Below, piece after piece: positions 1 to 9,521 of a stretch of DNA of 22,617 nucleotides. Position numbers and translations under genes: made by a program. Each line of letters opens with the position of its first letter. Positions within the stretch are counted from its first letter, which is position 1. Source of the stretch: Elusimicrobiota bacterium (lineage in GTDB: Bacteria > Elusimicrobiota > Elusimicrobia > Elusimicrobiales > UBA9959); contig DAIENX010000092.1 in the NCBI GenBank assembly GCA_027340875.1, positions 1 to 22,617 of the forward strand. Direction: 5' to 3'. The notes under the pieces were generated by a model. The model saw only the letters and a list, made by a program, of their open reading frames with translations. It searched no databases and was not told where the DNA came from.

Positions 1-1
1 C

Positions 2-100
2 GGCAAGATGCGCACGCTGCTGATGGACGGCATCCTGAAGGCCCGCTCGGGCGTCACGACGCTGTCCGAGATAATCCGCGTCACCGCCACTATGGTCTAG
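2..100 (+). CDS. C-terminal fragment of a PilB/GspE-family (type IV pilus / type II secretion) assembly ATPase, 5'-truncated by the window edge
   Basis: Frame 2 reads GKMRTLLMDGILKARSGVTTLSEIIRVTATMV-TAG, matching the typical PilB/GspE C-terminus (GMxTLxxDGxxKxxxGxTTxxExxRV). Not in the ORF track. Confidence 0.8.
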   Translation, partial: GKMRTLLMDGILKARSGVTTLSEIIRVTATMV

Positions 101-128
101 CCGCCCCATCGGCGGCGGCCCACTTCAG

Positions 129-1103
129 ATGAAGATCATCGTCATGAAGTTCGGCGGCAGCTCCCTGGCCGACCCGGACAAGATACGGCGCGCCGCCGCC
201 GCCGTGCTCGCCGCCCGCCGCGATGCCCGCTTCCCGGTCGCGGTAGTCTCCGCCCCTGCCGACTCCACGGACGACCTGCTGGCCCTGGGCCGGCTGTGCG
301 CCGGCGACGAGCTGCCCCCGAGGGAGGCCGATGCCCTGATGGCCGCCGGAGAGCAGATCAGCGCCTCGCTGCTGGCCGCGGCCGCGGCAGACCTGGGCGC
401 CAGGGCAGTATCGCTCACCGGCCAGCAGGCCGGCATACGCACCGATTCCCGCTTTTCCTCCGCAACCGTCCTCTCCGTCCGCCCCGCCAGGCTCCGCAAG
501 GAGATCGGGAAAGGGAATATCCCGGTCGTTGCCGGATTCCAGGGATCGGACCGGGAGGGCAATATAACCACGCTCGGCCGCGGCGGCTCCGACCTGACGG
601 CGGTGGTCCTGGCGCGCGCGCTGAACGCCTCCGTCTGCGAGTTCCTCACCGACGTGAAGGGTATCTACACCGCGCATCCGGCCATCGTCCCTTCGGCGCG
701 CAGACTGGCCGAGATCTCCTACGCGGAAGTGCTGGCCCTGGCCCGCCTGGGCACCGAGGTCCGGCAGCTCCGGGCCGTCGCCTACGCCGCTCGCCACTCC
801 ATCCCGCTGCACCTGCGCTCCGCCTTCCACGACGAACCCGGCACGCTCGTCACGGCAGGCGCCGGTCGGAAGCCCGGAGTATCCTGCCTTTCGCTCCTGA
901 AGGAGGGCGCCGTGGCCAGGATAGGGCTGGTCGGCACCGGTCTAGGCCGCGGACACGCCGCCGACGCCCTTAAGGCCGCCGGCCCCCGCGCCGGAGTCCG
1001 CTCCAGCTCCCGGAGGGAGATCGTCATCTCCGTACCCGCCGCTTCCGCGGAGGATGCCGTGCGGGCGCTCCATAGCCGTTTCTTCCCCGGCGCGCAAGGT
1101 TGA
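129..1103 (+). CDS. lysC: Aspartate kinase family protein, 324 aa, with short regulatory region (about one ACT-like domain)
   Basis: Motifs MKFGGSS, VVSA, GEQIS, VVAGFQG, TTLGRGGSDLTA, TDVKGIYT, ISYAE and a C-terminal AVRALHSRF. Some nucleotide-site residues are substituted (see findings). Confidence 0.85.
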   Translation: MKIIVMKFGGSSLADPDKIRRAAAAVLAARRDARFPVAVVSAPADSTDDLLALGRLCAGDELPPREADALMAAGEQISASLLAAAAADLGARAVSLTGQQAGIRTDSRFSSATVLSVRPARLRKEIGKGNIPVVAGFQGSDREGNITTLGRGGSDLTAVVLARALNASVCEFLTDVKGIYTAHPAIVPSARRLAEISYAEVLALARLGTEVRQLRAVAYAARHSIPLHLRSAFHDEPGTLVTAGAGRKPGVSCLSLLKEGAVARIGLVGTGLGRGHAADALKAAGPRAGVRSSSRREIVISVPAASAEDAVRALHSRFFPGAQG

Positions 1104-1128
1104 CTTGGCAAGGTTTAAATCTTAGAAT
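1100..1128 (+). promoter_or_regulatory. Sigma70-type promoter TTGACT-N17-TAGAAT
   Basis: -35 TTGACT at 1100-1105 overlaps the aspartokinase stop. Spacer is 17 bp. -10 TAGAAT at 1123-1128. It lies in an AT-rich patch of otherwise GC-rich DNA. Confidence 0.75.
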
Positions 1129-1134
1129 TCAACT

Positions 1135-1359
1135 ATGGCAAACATCATCCGGGCCGTTTTCGCTCTCTTCTGGCTCGTCTCCGCCGGCTTCCTGGCCCTG
1201 CTGGCCTACATCGTGGTCCAGACCGAGCCCAACCCCGCCCGGCTCTGGGGCTGGATGGTAATGTGCGGCCTTTCCTTCATCTCCGCGACCCTGCTCGCGT
1301 ACATGATAATCTTCGGAGGCCGCTACGCCCGCGGGCCGGAGCATCCGCACGGCGGCTAA
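1135..1359 (+). CDS. Small membrane protein, 74 aa, two predicted TM helices, unknown function
   Basis: Two hydrophobic stretches (AVFALFWLVSAGFLALLAYIVV; LWGWMVMCGLSFISATLLAYMIIF). It fills the gap between the promoter and the amidohydrolase gene and has GC3-rich codons. Confidence 0.75.
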   Translation: MANIIRAVFALFWLVSAGFLALLAYIVVQTEPNPARLWGWMVMCGLSFISATLLAYMIIFGGRYARGPEHPHGG

Positions 1360-1363
1360 CGAC

Positions 1364-2755
1364 ATGAGCTTCGACCTGGTCATACGCGGCGGCAGGGTAA
1401 TCGGCGGAGGGAAAGTTTCCCTCCGCGACGTTTTTATCCGGGAAGGTAAGATCGCGGCCCTGAAGCGCCCGTCGCGCGGCCACGTAAGGGCGGCGAGAGT
1501 GATAGACGCCAGGGGCCTGCTGGTCCTGCCAGGTATTATCGACGCGCACGCCCATTTCCAGCTAAGGCTGGGCCCGGGACGCTACACTTCCGACGACTTC
1601 GCCTCCGGTTCGGCCGCCGCCGTCTGCGGAGGAGTGACCACTTTCCTGGACTATACGGGGCAGGGGCCCGGGGAAAGTCCTCTGGCCGGCCTCAGGAACA
1701 GGATGAAGGAGGCCGCGGGCCGCTGCCACGCCGACTATTCCTTCCACTGCATGCTGACCGGCTGGAAACATCTCCGGTCGCCAGGAGAACAGATATCCGC
1801 CTGCGTCAGGGCCGGAGCCCCTACCTTCAAGATGTTCACCGCCTACGGGGCGCGCGGCCTGATGTCGGACGACTCTGACCTGCGGGAGGCGCTCTCGGAA
1901 GCCGCAGCGCGCGGCGCGCTAGTCTGCGTGCACGCCGAGAACGGCCCGGTCATAGACGCGCTCGCCGCCCTTATGCCTCCGGGCGCCGGGATAAAGTCCC
2001 TGTCCTTCACGCGCCCTGACTTCACCGAGACGGAAGCAGTGGGACGCGTGGCCGCCCTGGCCGCCGCGGCGGCCGCTCCGGTCTATTTTGTCCACCTCTC
2101 CTCTGCGGGGTCGGGCGTCATCGTGGCAGGCGCACGCGCCGCCGGCGCGAAGGTGATGGGAGAGACCTGCCCGCAGTACCTGGCCCTGGACGAGCGCGTC
2201 CTCTCCAGGCCCGACGGGCATCTTTATTCCTGCTGCCCCCCGGTAAGGACCGCGACCGACAACGCCGCGCTCTGGAAGAGGTTGAAGAAGGGGGAACTGC
2301 AGGTTATCGCCACCGACAACTGCACTTTCTCCGTCGCCCAGAAGAACGCCTGGCGCGGCGCCATACGTAAACTCCCGATGGGGCTTCCCGGTTCGCAGAC
2401 GCTGCTGGCGGCGGCCTACACCTACGGAGTGAAGGCAGGGAAGCTTTCGCTGCAAGGCCTGGTCAGGGCGCTCTGCGAGAACCCGGCCAGGATAATGGGG
2501 CTTAAGGGAAAGGGCTTCATCCGGCCCGGCTACGACGCCGACCTGGCACTGATAGACCCGGAATGCGCTGTCAAGGCGGATTGGAGAAGGCTGCAGCACC
2601 GGACGGAGTATTCTCCCTGGCAGGGGAGGCTCCTGTACGGCTTCCCAAGATACACGGTGCTCCGCGGCCGGGTCGCCGCCGAGGCGGGCGAGCTCGCCGA
2701 GCCGAAGTCCTTCCGCGGCCGCTTCCTGCGGCGCGAAGAGCCCTGTTTCATTTGA
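1364..2755 (+). CDS. hydA: Dihydropyrimidinase / D-hydantoinase-family cyclic amidohydrolase
   Basis: PGIIDAHAH (HxH), GGVTT, TFKMF (carboxylated Lys), VHAEN, VHLS, GETCPQYL, ATD, GLPG, NPARIMGL, KGFIRPGYDADL, YSPWQG. Confidence 0.85.
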   Translation: MSFDLVIRGGRVIGGGKVSLRDVFIREGKIAALKRPSRGHVRAARVIDARGLLVLPGIIDAHAHFQLRLGPGRYTSDDFASGSAAAVCGGVTTFLDYTGQGPGESPLAGLRNRMKEAAGRCHADYSFHCMLTGWKHLRSPGEQISACVRAGAPTFKMFTAYGARGLMSDDSDLREALSEAAARGALVCVHAENGPVIDALAALMPPGAGIKSLSFTRPDFTETEAVGRVAALAAAAAAPVYFVHLSSAGSGVIVAGARAAGAKVMGETCPQYLALDERVLSRPDGHLYSCCPPVRTATDNAALWKRLKKGELQVIATDNCTFSVAQKNAWRGAIRKLPMGLPGSQTLLAAAYTYGVKAGKLSLQGLVRALCENPARIMGLKGKGFIRPGYDADLALIDPECAVKADWRRLQHRTEYSPWQGRLLYGFPRYTVLRGRVAAEAGELAEPKSFRGRFLRREEPCFI

Positions 2756-2766
2756 AAGAAACCGTT

Positions 2767-3657
2767 TCAGCTACGGGAGAAGAAGCGTCGTGCTGCGGCG
2801 ATGTCGGACCTGATGTGCCTGACAAGCGATTCCTTCGAGCCGAACCTGCGTTCGGGGCGAATGTGCCTCAGGAAGGTGACCTCCAGCTCGCGTCCGTATA
2901 TGGAGCGGGAGAAATCCAGTATGTGGGCCTCCAGTACCACCCGGGAGCAGAGCGTGTCCACGGTGGGTCGCCGCCCGACGTTCACGACCGCCTGGTGAAC
3001 GCCGCCGGCCACCTTTACCCTAGCCGCGAATATGCCCGGAGGCAGTATCTTGGCAGGATTAGCTCCGACGTTAGCCGTAGGGAAGCCGAGCTTTCGCCCG
3101 AGGCCGGCCCCGCGGATCACCGGGCCGGAAACGCTGTAATCCCAGCCCAGGCAGACGTTCGCCTCCTCGACGGCTCCGGCGCGGAGATGCGCCCTGATCA
3201 GGCTGGAAGAGATGCGGTGACCGCCGCGCAGCGAGAACGGGACCTTCCTGAGCGCTATGCCGGAAGCGCGGCTGGCAGCGCGCAGGAAGCTCAAATGCCC
3301 CTCGCGGCCGCGGCCGACGGCGAAATCGGGGCCCACGCAGAGCCCGCCGGCCTGGTAGCGTCCCAGTATCATCGCCGAGAAGAACTCCTGAGCGGACATC
3401 AGGGCCACCTCGCGGTTGAACGGGAGCTGCTCGACCGCGTCGGGCCGCAGGGAGCCGATAAGCCTCTCGCGCTCTTCCGGAAGGGTTATCAGGCAGTTCT
3501 GCTGCTCTCCGGAGAAGAAGAACTTGGGAGGAACGGGAAAATACACCACCCTGCTCCGCATGCCGCGGCGCAGCGCCTCCCGCATGGCGGCGCGTATCAT
3601 CCTGCGGTGGCCGCGGTGCACGCCGTCAAAGCTGCCTATGGCCACGAAATCAGGCAC
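2767..3657 (-). CDS. ribF: Bifunctional riboflavin kinase / FAD synthetase
   Basis: AIGSFDGVHRGH, VGPDF, ISSSLIR, GRKLGFPTAN, NVGRRPTV, EAHILDF, IRPERRF. Start refined to GTG at 3657, preceded by AGGA and overlapping the truB stop. Confidence 0.95.
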   Translation of the reverse strand: MPDFVAIGSFDGVHRGHRRMIRAAMREALRRGMRSRVVYFPVPPKFFFSGEQQNCLITLPEERERLIGSLRPDAVEQLPFNREVALMSAQEFFSAMILGRYQAGGLCVGPDFAVGRGREGHLSFLRAASRASGIALRKVPFSLRGGHRISSSLIRAHLRAGAVEEANVCLGWDYSVSGPVIRGAGLGRKLGFPTANVGANPAKILPPGIFAARVKVAGGVHQAVVNVGRRPTVDTLCSRVVLEAHILDFSRSIYGRELEVTFLRHIRPERRFGSKESLVRHIRSDIAAARRFFSRS

Positions 3658-4354
3658 GGGAATCCTCGCTGACAGGCAGCAGGCGGGCAAGGGTCTCTTC
3701 CCTGGTCATCGCCGCCAGAGCCTCCGCCGTAGCGGCGCCGCCCACGCTGACGGCGCCTATCGCGGTGCGCCGGAGGGCGGACAGGTGGGCCCTGGAGCCC
3801 AGGAAACGTCCCAGCTCGCAGGCTACCGAGCGGATATACGTGCCGCCGGAGCATTCTATCTCGAAATCCAGCAGCGGAGGCCGGGGGGTCCAGGAAAGCC
3901 AGCGCAGCTCCGCCTCGCGTCGGACCTCGGGCATCGGCGCGCCCTTCCTGGCCAGCTTGTACATGGGCTTTCCCTGCATCTTGACGGCAGAATGGGGGGG
4001 CACCTGCTGTATTATCCTGCCGCTGAACACCTTCACGGCCGCGGCCAGGGACTCGGCGTCCAGCGCCGGCGGGGGCGCCTCGGCGACCACCTTGCCTTCC
4101 GCGTCCCAGGTATCGGTCTCCGCGCCGAAAGAAACGGTGCCTGAATAAACCTTGCGCGAGCCCTGCATAGAGGCCTGAGCGGAGGTAGCGGAGCCCACCA
4201 GCATTATCAGCAGGCCGGTGGCCATCGGGTCCAGCGTGCCGGTATGGCCTATGCGCTGCACGCCGAGCTTCCGGCGCAGCAGGTACACCGCGTCATGGGA
4301 CGTGATGCCGCGGGGCTTGTCGAACAGGAACATTCCCGAGGGGGAGGAGGTCAT
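3650..4354 (-). CDS. truB: tRNA pseudouridine(55) synthase, short form without an obvious C-terminal PUA domain
   Basis: DKPRGITSHD, GHTGTLDPMATG (catalytic Asp), QVPPHSAVK, YKLARKG, CSGGTYIRS, LRRTAIG. Canonical operon position. Confidence 0.95.
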   Translation of the reverse strand: MTSSPSGMFLFDKPRGITSHDAVYLLRRKLGVQRIGHTGTLDPMATGLLIMLVGSATSAQASMQGSRKVYSGTVSFGAETDTWDAEGKVVAEAPPPALDAESLAAAVKVFSGRIIQQVPPHSAVKMQGKPMYKLARKGAPMPEVRREAELRWLSWTPRPPLLDFEIECSGGTYIRSVACELGRFLGSRAHLSALRRTAIGAVSVGGAATAEALAAMTREETLARLLPVSEDSRA

Positions 4355-5340
4355 CAGGCTAGCAGGCGGGTGAGGACGGAAAGGACCTTTTCCTTGGCCT
4401 CGGTCAGAGTGCCGCGCACGCGGCAGCCAGAGGCGTTGCGGTGGCCGCCGCCGCCGAAGGCCTTGGCGATCAGGCTGACGTCCAGGTGGCCGCGGGAGCG
4501 GAACGTGACGCTGACGCGGTCGGCCTCCTCGCGGAACATCACCGCGGCCTTGACGCCCGGCGGCATCATGCCGTAGTTGATGACGTTCTCGCTGTGCTCC
4601 GAGCGGGCGTCGAAGGCCTTGAAGTCGGAGAGCTTGAGCGTCAGGACGGCCAGCTTGCCGCCGGCCTTGAACTCCAGGCTCTCCAGCGCGCGGCCGAGTA
4701 TCTTAAGCGATTCGCAGACCTTGGTCGCGTAGAGCAGGTCGTTGATGCGGGAGAACTTGAAGCCGGTTTCCAGCAGCCTCGAGGCCACCTCGAGGGTGCG
4801 CGGGCTGGTGGCCGGGAAATGGAAGCGGCCCGTGTCGGTGACGATGCCGGTATAGAGGCAGGCGGCCTCCCGCCTGCTCACGTTCACGTTCATGTTATAG
4901 AACAGGCGGTAGACTATCTCCGCCGTGGAGGAGGAATGCGTCTCCACGATATTGATGTCCCCGTAGAACTCCGACGTCTTGTGGTGGTCTATGTTGACCA
5001 CGGTGCCGCAGCGCTTAAGGACCGGTTCCAGACTGCCGCCCCGGGACGGGACGGAACACTCCAGCAGTATGGCCGCGTCGAACTTCCCCGCCGGCAGTCG
5101 GGAGCGGATGCTGCGTACGTGCGGCAGGAAGCGGAGGTTCTCCGGGACAGGGTCCTGCGAGAACAGTCGCGCCTTCTTACCGAGGCGCTTCAGCACGGAG
5201 GAGATCGCCAGCATGGAGCCGATGGTGTCGGCGTCCGGGTTTAGATGGCCGGCCAGGAAGAACGTCTCCGACCTGACTATCAGCTCCTCGAGGCGCTTGA
5301 ACTCCGCCTCAAGGTCCGGTATTTTCATCGTTCTTTTCAT
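4354..5340 (-). CDS. nrnA: DHH/DHHA1 bifunctional oligoribonuclease / pAp phosphatase (NrnA family)
   Basis: HLNPDADTIGS, NIDHH, SSTAE, GIVTDTGRF, SFRS-like TFRS, GGGGHRNASG. Usual position between rbfA and truB. Start is 5340 or 5328. Confidence 0.9.
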   Translation of the reverse strand: MKRTMKIPDLEAEFKRLEELIVRSETFFLAGHLNPDADTIGSMLAISSVLKRLGKKARLFSQDPVPENLRFLPHVRSIRSRLPAGKFDAAILLECSVPSRGGSLEPVLKRCGTVVNIDHHKTSEFYGDINIVETHSSSTAEIVYRLFYNMNVNVSRREAACLYTGIVTDTGRFHFPATSPRTLEVASRLLETGFKFSRINDLLYATKVCESLKILGRALESLEFKAGGKLAVLTLKLSDFKAFDARSEHSENVINYGMMPPGVKAAVMFREEADRVSVTFRSRGHLDVSLIAKAFGGGGHRNASGCRVRGTLTEAKEKVLSVLTRLLA

Positions 5341-5683
5341 TTTCCGAACGTATACGCTTGAAGATATCCTCGAGATGCGAGGCCTTCTCCGGGGTCTCGT
5401 CGAACTTGAAGACTATCTCCGGGATGACCTTCAGCCTCAGCCGTCTGAACAGCAGGGAGCGTATATCCCTGATGTTGGCGTTCAGCAGCAGCTCCTTGCG
5501 GCGGCGGTCCTCAGGGGTGCCGAGCACCGAGTAGTAGACGTAGAGGATCTTCCCGTCGCGGGTCAGGTCCGTGCCGGTCAGCGTCAGCAGGCCGTGAGAA
5601 TTGAGCCCGTTGACGCCGCGCAGCGCGGCGCTGATCTCGTGAAGGAACAGCTCCCTGAGCCTCTCGTTGCGTTTGCCCGCCAC
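5309..5683 (-). CDS. rbfA: 30S ribosome-binding factor A
   Basis: RNERLRELFLHEIS, LTRDGKILYVYYS, RLRLKVIPEIVFKFDET. Directly downstream of infB. Confidence 0.92.
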   Translation of the reverse strand: MAGKRNERLRELFLHEISAALRGVNGLNSHGLLTLTGTDLTRDGKILYVYYSVLGTPEDRRRKELLLNANIRDIRSLLFRRLRLKVIPEIVFKFDETPEKASHLEDIFKRIRSENEKNDENTGP

Positions 5684-5689
5684 TTAAGA

Positions 5690-8179
5690 TCACGCGCCCG
5701 GCGCCGCTAGGCGCCGGATGCGCTCCTCCTTGGTTATGACTTCGACGACGTCCTCGGCCTGGAAGTCCTTGAAGCCGTCGATCAGGATACCGCATTCCAT
5801 ATCCTTCTGTACGATCTCCCGGACGTCCTCCTTGAAGTGCTTGAGGCCGCTGATCTTGCCTTCGCCGACCTTCTCGCCGGCCCGCATGATGCGGACAACC
5901 TGGTTGCGCACCAGCTTGCCCTCGAACAGGCGGGAGCCGGCGATCTTGCCGGAGCTGAGGTCGAAGATCTGGAGGATCTTCGCCCGGCCGGTGACCGTCT
6001 CCACGATCTCCGGGGCCAGCAGACCGCTCATAGCGGCGCGCACGTCCTCGAGCAGGTCGTAGATGATGCTGTACTCGCGTATCTCGACGTCGGCGACCTT
6101 GGCCGCCTCGCGCACCTTGGTATCGGCGTCCACGTGGAAGCCGAGAATGACCGCCGAGGAGGCCTTGGCCAGCAGCACGTCGGACTCCGTGATGTTGCCG
6201 ATGCCGGTGTGGAGCATCTGGATGGCCACCTCGTTGGTGCTCATGCGCTCCAGCGAGTCCTTGATGGCCTGCTGGGAACCGAAGACGTCCGTCTTCAGCA
6301 CTACGTTGAGGTTCTTAAGCTGGTGCTGGTCCACCTGCGACTTCAGCGACAGCAGCGTCACATGCTTCTGGTGGGAGAGGGCCTCCTCGCGGCGGTTGAG
6401 CTTGCGCTTGTCGGCCACATGGCGGGCTTCTTTCTCGCTCTCGGAGACCTTCAGCACGTCGCCGGCGGTCGGGACCTCTCCGCTGATACCCAGCACCTCG
6501 GCGGGCTGGCTGGGCTTGAGTTCGTCGAGCCGGTTGCCGTGGTCGTCCACGAGAGCGCGCACCTTGCCGTGCGCGGCCCCTACAACGAACGGGTCGCCGA
6601 CCTTGATGGTGCCGGTGACGTTTATGATCGTGGCCACGATGCCCTTCTTAGGGTCCAGTCTGGACTCGATCACGATGCCCTGGCCCGGCTTGTCCGGGTT
6701 GGCCTTCAGCTCCATCAGCTCCGCCTGGATGCTGACTATCTCCAGCAGCTTGTCCAGGTTCAGGCGCTTCTTGGCGGAGACCTCCACCATCGGCGTCTTG
6801 CCGCCCCAATCCTCCGGCAGCAGGCCGTGATTGGCCAGCTGCTGCTTGATCTGCTGGGTGTTGGCGGTGGGCAGGTCTATCTTATTAATCGCCACGATGA
6901 TCGGCGCGTCGGCGGCCTTGGCGTGGTTGATGGCCTCCAGCGTCTGGGGCATCACTCCGTCCACGGCCGAGACCACCAGCACGACGATGTCGGTTATCTT
7001 CACGCCGTGGGCGCGCATGGCCGTGAAGGCCTCGTGACCGGGGGTGTCCAGCACGGTGATGTTGCCGCGCGAGGTCTTGACCATATAGGCGCCGATGTGC
7101 TGGGTGATCTGCCCGGCCTCGGTGTCCACCACGTTCGACTCGCGCAGGGCGTCCAGCAGAGTCGTTTTGCCGTGGTCGACATGGCCCATGATGGTGATGA
7201 TCGGGGAGCGGGGCTTGAGGTCCTCCGGCTTCTCCTTCTCTATCTCCTCGGCCAGCTCGTCCTCGCCGTACATCGGGATCAGCTCGAGGTCGTAGCCGAA
7301 GTCGGCCGCGATGAGCTGCGCCGCGTCGGCGTCGAGACGCTGGTTGATGGTGGCGAACACGCCCATACCCATCAACTTCTTGATGAGGTCGGTGGTCTTG
7401 ACGTTCATCTTCTCCGCCAGTTCGCGGACGATGATGTTGGTCGGGACCTTCAGCTTGGGCAGCGCGCCCTTTTCGGCCGGCTGCGCCTGCGGCGCCGGTA
7501 CCGGCTCGGGCTTAGGGACCGGCTTCGGCGCTGGCTTCGGGGCGGGCTTGCCGTGATACCTCGGCGGGTGATGCGCCGGCCCGGAAGGGGGGCGCTGCGG
7601 CTGCTGGGGAGCAGGCTTGATGATGGCCGGGCCGGGGCGCATGGCCGGAGCCGACGGTTTTATCAGCGGCGGGACGATCAGCCTTGGCGCGGCCCTCGGA
7701 GTAGGCGGCGCGGCGGGACGCAGCGGCGGCTTAGGGGCCTGGACCGGAGGCTTGGCCGCGGCCGGAGCCGGAACGGCCGGCTTGTCCGGCGCGGGCGCCG
7801 CGGGCGGCTCCTGTTTCGGCGGCTCGGCGGGCTTCGGCTCTTCCTTGGCCCCGGTGGGGCCGGAGGCTATAGTGCCCTCCGCGGTGGAATGGGAGAACAT
7901 GAAGCGCTTGAAGTCCGGGATCTTCGGGAGCTCGGGCGGTTCCGCCGGTTCCTCGGTCTTGGCCTTGCGGGACGACTTGGCGGTCGCTTTGGCCGGCTTA
8001 TCCTCGCCCTCGGCCTTCTTCTTGGGCGCGACTTTCTTCGCCGGGACCTTCTTCTCCCCGTCCGCCTCGCCTTCGGCCTTCTTTTTCGGCGCCGCCTTCT
8101 TCTTGGGCTTCGCCTCGACCTCAGGTTTTGCCACCGAGTCCTTTTTCTCTAGATCGTCATTTTCCTTCTTCGCTGTCAT
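5690..8179 (-). CDS. infB: Translation initiation factor IF-2
   Basis: [36 protein letters not shown]-terminal ECGI. Lys/Pro-rich N-terminus. SD GAGGTG. Confidence 0.98.
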   Translation of the reverse strand: MTAKKENDDLEKKDSVAKPEVEAKPKKKAAPKKKAEGEADGEKKVPAKKVAPKKKAEGEDKPAKATAKSSRKAKTEEPAEPPELPKIPDFKRFMFSHSTAEGTIASGPTGAKEEPKPAEPPKQEPPAAPAPDKPAVPAPAAAKPPVQAPKPPLRPAAPPTPRAAPRLIVPPLIKPSAPAMRPGPAIIKPAPQQPQRPPSGPAHHPPRYHGKPAPKPAPKPVPKPEPVPAPQAQPAEKGALPKLKVPTNIIVRELAEKMNVKTTDLIKKLMGMGVFATINQRLDADAAQLIAADFGYDLELIPMYGEDELAEEIEKEKPEDLKPRSPIITIMGHVDHGKTTLLDALRESNVVDTEAGQITQHIGAYMVKTSRGNITVLDTPGHEAFTAMRAHGVKITDIVVLVVSAVDGVMPQTLEAINHAKAADAPIIVAINKIDLPTANTQQIKQQLANHGLLPEDWGGKTPMVEVSAKKRLNLDKLLEIVSIQAELMELKANPDKPGQGIVIESRLDPKKGIVATIINVTGTIKVGDPFVVGAAHGKVRALVDDHGNRLDELKPSQPAEVLGISGEVPTAGDVLKVSESEKEARHVADKRKLNRREEALSHQKHVTLLSLKSQVDQHQLKNLNVVLKTDVFGSQQAIKDSLERMSTNEVAIQMLHTGIGNITESDVLLAKASSAVILGFHVDADTKVREAAKVADVEIREYSIIYDLLEDVRAAMSGLLAPEIVETVTGRAKILQIFDLSSGKIAGSRLFEGKLVRNQVVRIMRAGEKVGEGKISGLKHFKEDVREIVQKDMECGILIDGFKDFQAEDVVEVITKEERIRRLAAPGA

Positions 8180-9506
8180 TTTTCACCTCTTCAGTCTCGG
8201 GGGCCTCTTCCTGGGCCGGCTCCTGGCCGTAATTCGGGTTCTCTTCGAGGAATTTCTTGGCGCCGGCGATGATCTTCTGCGCGGTCTTCTCGCCTATGCC
8301 CTCGAGGGAGCAGAGCTCCTCCTCGGTGATGCCGGCGAGCGTGCGTATGTCGAGGACGCCCATCGTTATCATGGTCTCGGCCACCTTGGCGCCCACGCCG
8401 TCGATCTTGAGCAGGTCGTGCATGGCCTGGTCGGTGGTCTTGCGCTGCTCCTCCTGGCGCTGGCCCTCTGACTTCACCTCGATCTCCCAGCCGGTCAGGC
8501 GGCTGGCGAGACGGATGTTCTGACCCTCGCGGCCTATGGCCATCGCGAGCTGGTCGTCGGGAACTATGACCTGGGCCCTCTTAGCCTCCTTATCCAGCAC
8601 CCTCACGGAGCTTACCGTGGCGGGGGAGAAGGACTTGGCTATCATCGTCAGCGTGTCCTCTATATAGGGAATAAGGTCGATCTTCTCGTTGGCGAGCTCG
8701 CTCATGATGACGCGGATGCGCGAGCCGCGGATACCGACGCAGGCTCCGACCGGGTCGACCTTCGGGGAGTTACTGCGCACTAGCACCTTGGCGCGGAAGC
8801 CCGGATCACGGACGACGTCCACTATCTCTATGACCTTCTCGGCGATCTCGGGCACCTCGGCCTCGAACAGCGCCTTCAGGAAGGCTCCGGAAGCGCGGGA
8901 GAGGACTATCTGCAGGCCCTTGTTCTCCTTATCGACGCGGTGGATGATGGCGCGCACGCGCTGGTTGACGCTGTAATGCTCGCGGCGGATCTGCTCCGAG
9001 AAGGGCAGTATAGCCTCGGCCTTGCCGAGGTCCACGAAGATGTCGCGGCCGGCCACGTGGTGCACCAGGCCGGTTACCACCTCGCCCTCGCGCGGTTTGT
9101 ATTCGTCGTAGATGCGGACCTTCTCGATCTCGCGGATCTTCTGGATCAGCACCTGCTTGGCGGTCTGGGCCGCTATGCGGGAGAAGTCCTGTATCGGCAC
9201 CGGGATGTGCACGTCGTCGCCCAGCTTCGCGCCGGGCTGATACTTCTGCGCCTCCTCGGCGGTGATCTCCAGCTCGGTGGAGACCACGGGATCGGAGACC
9301 TTCTTGACCAGGAAGCCGGCCATCTCGCCGGTCTCGGGGTCTATGCCGGCCATGATCTGGGCGGTCTTGCCGAAATACTTGCGCAGCGCGCTGACGAGGG
9401 AGTCCGTGATGGTCTTGAACACGTCCTCGCGCCTGATGTTCTTTTCGCGCTCGAGCTGCTCGAGCGCGAGTAAAAGTTCCGATTTGGTCTTCTGTTCCTT
9501 GCTCAT
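8157..9506 (-). CDS. nusA: Transcription termination/antitermination factor NusA
   Basis: FSRIAAQTAKQVLIQKIRE, S1 domain, EVPEI, RDPGFRAK, DPVGACVGIRGSRI, AIGREGQNIRLASRLTGW, C-terminal HhH-like repeat. Confidence 0.98.
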   Translation of the reverse strand: MSKEQKTKSELLLALEQLEREKNIRREDVFKTITDSLVSALRKYFGKTAQIMAGIDPETGEMAGFLVKKVSDPVVSTELEITAEEAQKYQPGAKLGDDVHIPVPIQDFSRIAAQTAKQVLIQKIREIEKVRIYDEYKPREGEVVTGLVHHVAGRDIFVDLGKAEAILPFSEQIRREHYSVNQRVRAIIHRVDKENKGLQIVLSRASGAFLKALFEAEVPEIAEKVIEIVDVVRDPGFRAKVLVRSNSPKVDPVGACVGIRGSRIRVIMSELANEKIDLIPYIEDTLTMIAKSFSPATVSSVRVLDKEAKRAQVIVPDDQLAMAIGREGQNIRLASRLTGWEIEVKSEGQRQEEQRKTTDQAMHDLLKIDGVGAKVAETMITMGVLDIRTLAGITEEELCSLEGIGEKTAQKIIAGAKKFLEENPNYGQEPAQEEAPETEEVKNDSEEGK

Positions 9507-9521
9507 TTTAGTCTTACCCCT

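Noticed and set aside
100..116. Hairpin GCCGCC-CCATC-GGCGGC after the PilB/GspE stop as a terminator
   Set aside because: Short stem in GC-rich DNA with no U-tract.
3650..4354. truB as a truncated pseudogene
   Set aside because: Catalytic motifs are intact, the stop overlaps the ribF start, and PUA-less TruB proteins occur in several bacterial lineages.
5837..8152. Long plus-strand ORFs antisense to infB, and similar ones opposite xdhA (14852-16783), fdrA (12134-13453), proS (20318-21670) and ribF (2563-3672)
   Set aside because: Shadow ORFs expected from high-GC codon bias. They fully overlap well-supported genes and have no recognisable motifs.
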